Shown: positions 1-6,773 of the stretch, one piece after another
Position numbering within the stretch: position 1 is the first letter of the stretch
Layout: every line of letters starts with the position of its first letter
NCBI GenBank assembly: GCA_964397775.1
Contig: CAYNKL010000119.1
Coordinates: forward strand, 1-12,682
Length of the DNA: 12,682 nt
Reading direction: 5' to 3'
From: an uncultured Rhodobacterales bacterium
Lineage (GTDB): Bacteria; Pseudomonadota; Alphaproteobacteria; Rhodobacterales; Rhodobacteraceae
Translations under genes and position numbers: made by a program
Notes under the pieces: model-generated
Told to the model about the DNA's origin: nothing
Databases searched by the model: none
The model's input: only the letters and a program-made list of their open reading frames with translations

Positions 1-57
1 CCCCTGAACGAGCTGCGCAGCAGCGGCTCCAACTCCAACACCAACGGGGGTAACTGA
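1..57 (+). CDS. hflK: 3' end of upstream gene (likely hflK): open frame from the window start ending ...PLNELRSSGSNSNTNGGN* at TGA 55-57
   Basis: Frame 1 is open from nt 1 to the TGA at 55-57, three nt before the hflC ATG. hflK-hflC adjacency is the conserved arrangement. Only 18 codons are visible, so the identity rests on synteny alone. Confidence 0.4.
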   Translation, partial: PLNELRSSGSNSNTNGGN

Positions 58-60
58 GCC

Positions 61-1287
61 ATGGGCAAGCTGACAGCCTTTATCGTGGCGGTGGTCGTCG
101 TCGTGGTCATCGCCCTCTCGTCGATGTTCGTGGTGGATGAGCGTGAAAAGGCGCTCGTGCTTCAGTTCGGTCAGATCCGGGCCGTGAAGGAAGAGCCGGG
201 GCTCGCCTTCAAGGTGCCGCTGATCCAGGAAGTCGTGCGCTACGACGACCGGATCCTGTCGCTGGATACCGAGACCATCGAGGTCACGCCTTCCGACGAC
301 CGGCGTCTCGTCGTCGACGCCTTCGCGCGCTACCGGATCGAGGACGTGGTCCAGTTCCGTCAGGCCGTCGGTGTCGGTGGCATCCGCAGCGCCGAGGACC
401 GTCTTCAGGGCATCCTCAACGCGCAGATCCGCGAGGTTCTGGGTGCCGATCAGGTGACGTCCGACCGTATCCTCTCCGAGGACCGCCGCGACCTGACCGT
501 CCGTATCCGCGACAATGCGCGGGACGAGGCGCAGGCGCTCGGCATCGACGTGGTGGACGTGCGTCTGAAGCAGACGAACCTTCCCTCGCAGAACCTCGAG
601 GCCACCTTTGCCCGGATGCGGGCCGAGCGTGAACGCGAGGCCGCCGACGAAATCGCCCGCGGTAACGAGGCGGCGCAGCGTGTGCGCGCGCTTGCCGACC
701 GGACCGTGGTCGAGACCCTGTCCGAGGCGGACCGGGAAGCCAACGTGATCCGCGGTGAGGCGGATGCGCAGACCAACCGGATCTATGCCGAGGCTTATGG
801 TCAGGACCCGGAGTTCTTCGCCTTCTACCGGTCGCTGCAGGCCTACGAGACGGCGATCCAGGGTGGGACCTCCTCGATGGTCATGACCCCGGACACCGAG
901 TTCTTCGAGTACTTCTCGAATGCGCAACCGGACGAGACCAAGGCGCTTGCCGAGGTGCCGGCGCAGCCGTCCTCGGGGCGCACGCCGGAAGAGACCGCGC
1001 GCGAGTTCGAGGAAGAGACCGGGACAAGCACCGGCGGTGCCGCAGAAGAGCTGCAGAACCTGAGCGAGACCGCGCTTCCCTCGGAAGACGAGGAAGACGA
1101 TGGCCAAGGCGCCAGCGGCTCGGGTGATAGCGGCGCGACGGACAGTCAGTCCGAGGGTGGCGATGCCACCTCGGGTGACGGTTCCGGCAACGCCGACCAG
1201 AGCACCGATGACGGTTCGGGTGAAACCGGGTCCTCCGACGACGGATCGTCGGCCCAGGAGGACGAAACCGGGTCCGCTTCGGAGTGA
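61..1287 (+). CDS. hflC: HflC, SPFH/band-7 protease modulator (FtsH regulator), with a ~120-aa acidic Ser/Gly/Asp/Glu/Thr-rich C-terminal extension
   Basis: N-terminal TM helix (FIVAVVVVVVIALSSMFVV) is followed by an SPFH domain colinear with E. coli HflC. Matching blocks include VDEREKALVLQFGQI, DVVDVRLKQTNLP, ARMRAEREREA, FFAFYRSLQAYE and MVMTPDTEFF. After about residue 285 the sequence becomes low complexity (EDEEDDGQGASGSGDSGATDSQSEGGDATSGDGSGNADQSTDDGSGETGSSDDGSS). Confidence 0.88.
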   Translation: MGKLTAFIVAVVVVVVIALSSMFVVDEREKALVLQFGQIRAVKEEPGLAFKVPLIQEVVRYDDRILSLDTETIEVTPSDDRRLVVDAFARYRIEDVVQFRQAVGVGGIRSAEDRLQGILNAQIREVLGADQVTSDRILSEDRRDLTVRIRDNARDEAQALGIDVVDVRLKQTNLPSQNLEATFARMRAEREREAADEIARGNEAAQRVRALADRTVVETLSEADREANVIRGEADAQTNRIYAEAYGQDPEFFAFYRSLQAYETAIQGGTSSMVMTPDTEFFEYFSNAQPDETKALAEVPAQPSSGRTPEETAREFEEETGTSTGGAAEELQNLSETALPSEDEEDDGQGASGSGDSGATDSQSEGGDATSGDGSGNADQSTDDGSGETGSSDDGSSAQEDETGSASE

Positions 1288-1472
1288 CCGGATCGGATCT
1301 GCTGACGGGGCTTGCCTTCGTCCTGATCGTGGAGGGGCTGGTGTACGCACTGGCCCCTTCGCTTGTGGAACGCCTGCTGGAAGCGCTGCGTGCAATGCCC
1401 TTGGAGACACGGCGGATGCTTGGGCTGCTGACGCTGACGACCGGCATTCTGCTGCTTTGGGTCGCGCGATAG
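1284..1472 (+). CDS. DUF2065 (YjeT-like) small two-TM membrane protein
   Basis: The GTG start at 1284-1286 overlaps the hflC TGA at 1285-1287 (GTGA). The 62-aa product has two hydrophobic segments and a VLIVEGLVYALAPSLV...MPLETRRMLGLLTLTTGILLLWVAR pattern matching the YjeT/DUF2065 architecture. Its position between hflC and degP is the conserved alphaproteobacterial arrangement. Confidence 0.72.
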   Translation: MTGSDLLTGLAFVLIVEGLVYALAPSLVERLLEALRAMPLETRRMLGLLTLTTGILLLWVAR

Positions 1473-1483
1473 GGGGCTCATTG

Positions 1484-1512
1484 GTCACGTGACGGCGATT
1501 TCCAGTCACATG
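1484..1512. promoter_or_regulatory. Candidate operator: perfect 10-bp palindrome GTCACGTGAC (1484-1493) plus a related half-site GTCACATG (1505-1512) 21 bp downstream, in the DUF2065-degP intergenic region
   Basis: Direct reading of the sequence. The palindrome has no loop, so it is more likely a dimeric protein-binding site than an RNA hairpin. It sits about 140 bp upstream of the degP start. Confidence 0.3.
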
Positions 1513-1628
1513 CGCTTGAGGCGGTGAAACCAGACCTTTGGTGTTGCCGCGCTGCACCTATCTCTGCGACACTACAGTGAGGCAGGCGGCCCTCTGCGTG
1601 GCCGGCTGGCAGAGACAAGGAGTGACCT

Positions 1629-3125
1629 GTGACATCTCAAGCATTGGCAATCCCACAAAAATCGGCGCATCCGCTGAGGCTTTTCTGGATTGCATCCCTC
1701 TCGATGATGCTGATCGTCGCGCAGTCGGTGATGGCATCGGCCCGCGGCGCGCCGGAAACCTTTGCGGATCTGGCCGATCAGGTGAGCCCTTCCGTGGTGA
1801 ACATCACCACCTCGACCACCGTGGCCGGGCGCGCAGGGCCGCAGGGCATCGTTCCCGAAGGTTCGCCTTTCGAGGATTTCTTTCGTGAATTCCGGGACCG
1901 CCAGGGTCCCAGCCAGCCCCGCCGCTCGTCGGCCCTGGGCTCGGGTTTCGTCATTTCCGAAGACGGCTACATCGTCACGAACAACCACGTGATCGAATCC
2001 GCCGACGAGATCACCATCGAGTTCTTCTCGGGCGAGGAGCTTCCGGCCGAGGTCGTGGGCACCGATCCCAACACCGACATCGCGCTGCTCAAGGTCGAGT
2101 CCGACGAGCCGCTGCCCTTCGTGCCCTTCGGTGACAGCGACACCGCGCGCGTCGGCGACTGGGTCATGGCCATGGGCAACCCGCTCGGCCAGGGCTTTTC
2201 GGTGAGCGCGGGTATCGTTTCGGCGCGCAACCGCGAGCTTTCGGGCACCTACGACGACTACATCCAGACCGACGCGGCCATCAACCGCGGCAACTCGGGC
2301 GGACCGCTGTTCAACATGGCCGGCGAAGTCATCGGCGTGAACACCGCGATCCTGTCGCCCAATGGCGGCTCGATCGGCATCGGTTTCTCAATGGCCTCGA
2401 ACGTTGTGACGCGGGTCGTTGACCAGCTGCAGGAATACGGCGAGACCCGCCGCGGCTGGCTTGGCGTCCGGATCCAGGACGTGACCGATGACGTGGCCGA
2501 GGCGCTTGACCTTGCCAGCTCGGAAGGCGCGCTGGTTTCCGACGTTCCCGAAGGTCCTGCCGCAGAGGCCGGGATGGAAGCCGGGGACGTGATCGTCAGC
2601 TTCGACGGCAAGAAGGTCACCGACACTCGCCAGCTTGTCCGGATCGTGGGCAACACGACGGTCGGCAAGACGGTGCGCGTCGTGGTCAATCGCGAGGGCG
2701 AGACACAGACCCTTCGCGTGACGCTTGGCCGCCGCGAGGACACCGAGACCGCCGTTCCGGCCTCGCAGGAAGTCATTCCGGATCAGCCGTCGAGCATGGA
2801 CCTGATGGGCCTGACGCTCGCGCCGCTCGACGACGAGATGCGCGAGAACCTCGAGCTTGGCGGAGACGTCGAGGGGCTGGCCGTGATGGATGTCGATCCC
2901 ACGTCCGAAGCCTATGAGAAGGGTCTGCGTGCCGGTGACGTGATCACTGAGGCGGGACAGGACACCGTGGCCAGCCTCGGCGACTTTGAAACCCGCCTGC
3001 AGGATGCACGCGACGCGGGTCGCAAGTCGATCCTGCTGCTGGTCCGCCGTGGCGGCGATCCCCGGTTCGTGGCTCTGAGCCTCGAACAGGAGCAGGAGCC
3101 GGAGGCGGCGCCTGCCGACGAGTAA
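1629..3125 (+). CDS. degP: Periplasmic serine endoprotease DegP/HtrA (Do) family, trypsin-like domain plus two PDZ domains
   Basis: GTG start at 1629 with a GGAG Shine-Dalgarno 7 nt upstream. Signal peptide LRLFWIASLSMMLIVAQSVMASA. Catalytic triad contexts TNNHVI (His), DIALLKV (Asp) and GNSGGPLFN (Ser). The first PDZ domain is around GWLGVRIQDV...GDVIVSFDGKKV and the second around GDVITEAG. Confidence 0.92.
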   Translation: MTSQALAIPQKSAHPLRLFWIASLSMMLIVAQSVMASARGAPETFADLADQVSPSVVNITTSTTVAGRAGPQGIVPEGSPFEDFFREFRDRQGPSQPRRSSALGSGFVISEDGYIVTNNHVIESADEITIEFFSGEELPAEVVGTDPNTDIALLKVESDEPLPFVPFGDSDTARVGDWVMAMGNPLGQGFSVSAGIVSARNRELSGTYDDYIQTDAAINRGNSGGPLFNMAGEVIGVNTAILSPNGGSIGIGFSMASNVVTRVVDQLQEYGETRRGWLGVRIQDVTDDVAEALDLASSEGALVSDVPEGPAAEAGMEAGDVIVSFDGKKVTDTRQLVRIVGNTTVGKTVRVVVNREGETQTLRVTLGRREDTETAVPASQEVIPDQPSSMDLMGLTLAPLDDEMRENLELGGDVEGLAVMDVDPTSEAYEKGLRAGDVITEAGQDTVASLGDFETRLQDARDAGRKSILLLVRRGGDPRFVALSLEQEQEPEAAPADE

Positions 3126-3147
3126 CGGAACCTTAAGTCCGGTTCGT

Positions 3148-3180
3148 GACGGGCGCCCTTCGGGGCGCCCGTTTCGTTTT
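3148..3180 (+). terminator. Rho-independent terminator after degP: GAC-GGGCGCCC-ttcg-GGGCGCCC followed by GTTTCGTTTT
   Basis: Perfect 8-bp GC stem (3151-3158 / 3163-3170) with a 4-nt loop and a T-rich tail at 3171-3180. It lies 23 nt past the TAA. Confidence 0.75.
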
Positions 3181-3185
3181 GGGGC

Positions 3186-3674
3186 TTAGCGGTCCGAGGG
3201 TGTGGGCAGGATGATTGGCATGAGGCCGAGATCGCGGGCCATCTCTGCCGAAAGACGGTCGCTGTCGAGACCGCGCGCCGACTGGTAGCCGCGGATGGCG
3301 GCACGGGTCGCGGTGTCGAGCTCACCCGTGATCGGGGCGTCGAACAGGCCACGCGCTGCCAGCGCCCGTTGCAGAGAGGCGATGAATTCGGGCGTGAGCG
3401 CGTCGGGGCAGGGGGCCTCGAAGCGGAGCTCGTCCCGTGGGCGCACGACGCGTGGCACCGGAGCGCGGCGATAGACAGGCGCCCGCAGCACGGTGCCATC
3501 CGCGGCGATCTCGGCGGGGACCACCTGAACCTCTCCCATGACCTGCTCGTAGATGGCGGGCTGCAGCGTCTCGCTGGCCCAGCAGCGCTCTGTCGCGCCG
3601 GTTTTCTGCGGCGCCGGCATGGCGCAGGCCGAGAGGACGCCGAGTGCTGCGATAGGGGCCAGGCGGCGGGGCAT
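3186..3674 (-). CDS. Lipoprotein with a putative peptidoglycan-binding domain (PG_binding_1-like C-terminus)
   Basis: Minus-strand ORF. The chosen ATG (complement of 3672-3674) gives MPRRLAPIAALGVLSAC, a signal peptide with the lipobox L-S-A-C. The C-terminal TRAAIRGYQSARGLDSDRLSAEMARDLGL resembles the peptidoglycan-binding repeat fold. The longer 199-aa reading has a basic, non-signal N-terminus and is less likely. Confidence 0.55.
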   Translation of the reverse strand: MPRRLAPIAALGVLSACAMPAPQKTGATERCWASETLQPAIYEQVMGEVQVVPAEIAADGTVLRAPVYRRAPVPRVVRPRDELRFEAPCPDALTPEFIASLQRALAARGLFDAPITGELDTATRAAIRGYQSARGLDSDRLSAEMARDLGLMPIILPTPSDR

Positions 3675-3799
3675 TGCGGGCGGTGCCTTTCTGCGGCTGT
3701 TGATGCGGTGTGGCAGCGACGTTAACGGGGTTTGCCGCGGTCGGAAAGAAAGTGCCGGGCGTGTGGCTGCCTTTGCAACCGGCACCGCGGCGGGGATAG

Positions 3800-4204
<405 letters not shown>

Positions 4205-4271
4205 ACATTTGGCCGGGGCGCCGCGCAATCCGTCGCGCCCCTGGGGCGCGGTCGCCCGCGGCGCGGGGCTG

Positions 4272-4952
4272 ATGCTGGGCCTGTGGCTTGCGGGGGCAGG
4301 GCCAGCGCTGGCCGACAGGATCCTCGCGGCGGAGTATGGCGATCCGACCGGGCGATATGCCCACGGCGTGCTTGGCGATGACCTGGAATGGGGATCGCTG
4401 AAGCTTCGGCTTGCGGACGGGAGCCTGAGGCGGTTCATTCTGGACGAGTCGCTGGTGTTCGAGGACCTCGCGCCGCGGCTTTACGATGTGGACGGGATGG
4501 CGGGCCCCGAAGTGATCGTGGTGGAAAGCCATGTGGACGCCGGGGCGCGGCTGGCCGTCTGGGGACCCGGGGGCCGTATCGCCGCGACGCCCTTTATCGG
4601 GCAGCCCTTCCGCTGGCTGGCGCCGGTTGCCGCGGGCGACCTGGATGGCGACGGCCGGGTCGAGATCGCCTACGTGGATCGACCGCATCTGGCGCGGATC
4701 CTGCGGATCTGGCGCTTCGAGGGCGGGACACTTCGCGAGATCGCCAGTTTCGAGGGTGTGAGCAATCATCGTATCGGCTGGGCGCGGATCGTCGGGGGCT
4801 TGCGTTCCTGTGAAGGTGGTCCGGAGTTGATCCTGCCGAGCGGCGACTGGCAGGACGTGCTGGCGCTGAGGCTGGTGGATGGGCAGGTCCGTGCGCGCAG
4901 GATCGGAGCCTATTCGGAGCGCGCACTGGATGCGGCGATGGCCTGCGATTAG
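4272..4952 (+). CDS. Secreted hypothetical protein with FG-GAP/VCBS-like Dx(D/N)GDG motifs
   Basis: The ATG at 4272 gives the signal-peptide-like MLGLWLAGAGPALA-DR. The protein contains AAGDLDGDGRVEIAYVD and YDVDGMAGPEVIVVESH, which resemble FG-GAP/VCBS calcium-binding repeat motifs. The start is uncertain because the ORF is open from 4164 and would overlap the ferredoxin gene. Confidence 0.5.
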   Translation: MLGLWLAGAGPALADRILAAEYGDPTGRYAHGVLGDDLEWGSLKLRLADGSLRRFILDESLVFEDLAPRLYDVDGMAGPEVIVVESHVDAGARLAVWGPGGRIAATPFIGQPFRWLAPVAAGDLDGDGRVEIAYVDRPHLARILRIWRFEGGTLREIASFEGVSNHRIGWARIVGGLRSCEGGPELILPSGDWQDVLALRLVDGQVRARRIGAYSERALDAAMACD

Positions 4953-5018
4953 GCGAGGTCGACCGTTCGGGCATCGTGGGGCTTTGCTTTCGCGCGCGAG
5001 GCACTTAAGCCTGCACCC

Positions 5019-5831
5019 ATGAAAATACTTTATCTTGGCGACGTGATGGGGCGTGCGGGGCGCGCGGCGGTGGCAGAGCGGCTTCCGGCGCTGCGCGAGG
5101 CCTGGAAGCTCGATTTCGTGATCGTGAACGGCGAGAATGCGTCGAACGGCAGCGGGTTGACGGCGGAGCACGCGGGCGGGCTGTTCGAGGCGGGTGCGGA
5201 CGTCGTGACGCTGGGCGATCACGCCTTCGACCAGAAGGACATGCTGACGCATATCGAGAAGGACAACCGGATCATCCGCCCGCTCAACTACGCCAAGCAG
5301 GCACCGGGCCGGGGCGCGGCGCTTTTCTCCGACCGGCGCGGGCGCAAGGTGCTGGTGGCGCAGGTGCTGGGCCAGGTCTTCATGAAGCGGGCCTTCGACG
5401 ACCCCTTTTCGGCCCTCGACGAGGTGCTGCGCCGGCATCCCATGGGCGGGCAGGCGCAGGCCATCGTGGTGGACATCCACTGCGAGGCGACCTCCGAGAA
5501 GATGGGCGTGGGGCATTTCTGCGACGGTCGGGCGAGCCTTGTGGTCGGCACGCATACGCATGTGCCGACGGCCGATGCGCAGATCCTGCCGGGCGGCACC
5601 GGGTTTCTCAGCGATGCGGGCATGTGCGGGGACTACGATTCTGTCATCGGCATGGAAAAGACCGAGCCGATGCGGCGCTTCGTGACCGGCATGGGCAAGA
5701 CCCGCTTCCAGCCGGCGCTGGGCGAGGCGACTCTGTGCGGCGTGCTGGTGGAAACCGACGACCGGACGGGCAAGGCCACGCGTATCGAGCCTGTCCGGCA
5801 GGGCGGCCGCCTGCAACAGGCCGGCGCGTGA
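5019..5831 (+). CDS. ymdB: YmdB-family metallophosphoesterase (TIGR00282; 2',3'-cyclic-nucleotide phosphodiesterase-like)
   Basis: MKILYLGDVMGRAGR...FVIVNGENASNGSGLT...VVTLGDHAFDQKD...IVVDIHCEATSEKMGVGHFCDGRASLVVGTHTHVPTAD is colinear with YmdB-family calcineurin-like phosphoesterases and includes the metal-binding D/H/N motifs. Confidence 0.85.
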   Translation: MKILYLGDVMGRAGRAAVAERLPALREAWKLDFVIVNGENASNGSGLTAEHAGGLFEAGADVVTLGDHAFDQKDMLTHIEKDNRIIRPLNYAKQAPGRGAALFSDRRGRKVLVAQVLGQVFMKRAFDDPFSALDEVLRRHPMGGQAQAIVVDIHCEATSEKMGVGHFCDGRASLVVGTHTHVPTADAQILPGGTGFLSDAGMCGDYDSVIGMEKTEPMRRFVTGMGKTRFQPALGEATLCGVLVETDDRTGKATRIEPVRQGGRLQQAGA

Positions 5832-6751
5832 AAGGCGTCTTGCCCTTTGCCGCCCTGATCCTGATCGGGGCGGCCTGGGGCGGGACGCAGCCGCTGGCCA
5901 AGGTCGCCGTCTCGGAAGGGTATCGACCCTTCGGTATCCTCGTCTGGCAGAACGCGCTTGTCGCCGTGATCCTGGCCGGGATCACGCTCCTGCGCGGGCG
6001 CAGCCTGCGCACCGACGGGGTGGCCCTGCGGCTCTACCTGCTTATTGCCGTGATCGGGACGGTCCTGCCGGGGCTCGCTTCCTACAGCGCGGCTGTGCAT
6101 CTTCCCTCGGGCGTGCTTTCGATGCTGCTGAGCTCGGTCCCGATGCTGGCCTTTCCCGTGGCGCTTGCGCTTGGCATCGACGTCTTCGGCTGGCGGAGGC
6201 TTGCGGGCCTCAGCCTGGGGCTAGCGGGTGTCGCGCTGCTGGTGATGCCGGAGACCGGAGCGGCCGGCGCGGTTCCGGTGGTCTGGGTCGCGGTCGCGCT
6301 GCTGGCCTCGGCCTGCTACGCGATCGAGGGCAACTATGTCGCGCGGTTCGGGACTGACGGGCTCGACCCCTTGCAGCTTCTCGCGGGTGCCTCGGTCGTG
6401 GGGATGTTGCTGAGCCTGCCACTCGCCATCGCCACCGGGCAATTCATTGATCCGCGGGGCGCCTGGACGCAGCCCGACACGGCCATCGTCGCGTCGTCCC
6501 TTCTGCATGCTGCGGCCTATTCCGGCTATGTCGGACTGGTCGGGTTGGCGGGATCGGTCTTTGCCGTGCAGGTGAGCTATTTCGTCACGCTGTTCGGCCT
6601 CGCCTGGGCGATGCTCTTCCTCGGCGAGGGATATTCGGGCTGGTTCTGGGGCGCTTTGGCGCTGATGTTGGCAGGGCTGGCGCTCGTGCAGCCGCGACCG
6701 GCTGCTTCGCTTGTGCCGGTCCGACCCATGGGGCAGGATGCCCGGCGATGA
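5828..6751 (+). CDS. DMT-superfamily (EamA-like) transporter, about 10 TM helices
   Basis: A GTG at 5828 overlaps the ymdB TGA at 5829-5831 (GTGA). Downstream of it the protein is uniformly hydrophobic with an EamA-like duplicated 5-TM pattern (LILIGAAWGGTQPLAK..., ...YFVTLFGLAWAMLFLGE). Upstream of 5828 the same ORF is Arg/Gly-rich and non-membrane, so it is probably not translated. Confidence 0.68.
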   Translation: MKGVLPFAALILIGAAWGGTQPLAKVAVSEGYRPFGILVWQNALVAVILAGITLLRGRSLRTDGVALRLYLLIAVIGTVLPGLASYSAAVHLPSGVLSMLLSSVPMLAFPVALALGIDVFGWRRLAGLSLGLAGVALLVMPETGAAGAVPVVWVAVALLASACYAIEGNYVARFGTDGLDPLQLLAGASVVGMLLSLPLAIATGQFIDPRGAWTQPDTAIVASSLLHAAAYSGYVGLVGLAGSVFAVQVSYFVTLFGLAWAMLFLGEGYSGWFWGALALMLAGLALVQPRPAASLVPVRPMGQDARR

Positions 6752-6773
6752 ACGAGGCATTGGTTTCCCCGAA

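Noticed and set aside
1100-1492. Alternative-frame ORFs within the hflC tail region (130 aa, and 1146..1481 / 881..1447 on the - strand)
   Set aside because: They overlap the continuous hflC frame and the DUF2065 gene. They have Pro/Arg-rich composition. The hflC reading frame is the one continuous with the conserved SPFH domain.
1473-1628. Possible sigmaE/ECF-type or RpoH-type promoter upstream of degP (TGAAAC at 1525-1530, CTTGAG at 1515-1520, CTATCT at 1557-1562)
   Set aside because: Individual hexamers resemble -35 or -10 elements, but none pair at the correct spacing with a credible partner element. I could not support a promoter call from sequence alone.
4205-4271. GC-rich imperfect hairpin GGGGCGC...GCGCCCC between the ferredoxin and the FG-GAP protein
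   Set aside because: Long loop and no T-tract. It is more likely just GC-rich intergenic or leader sequence than a terminator, and the downstream gene start is itself uncertain.
5624-5827. Upstream extension of the DMT transporter ORF (375-aa reading)
   Set aside because: The extension is Arg/Gly-rich and non-hydrophobic, and overlaps the 3' end of ymdB in another frame. The hydrophobic transporter sequence begins at the GTG at 5828.
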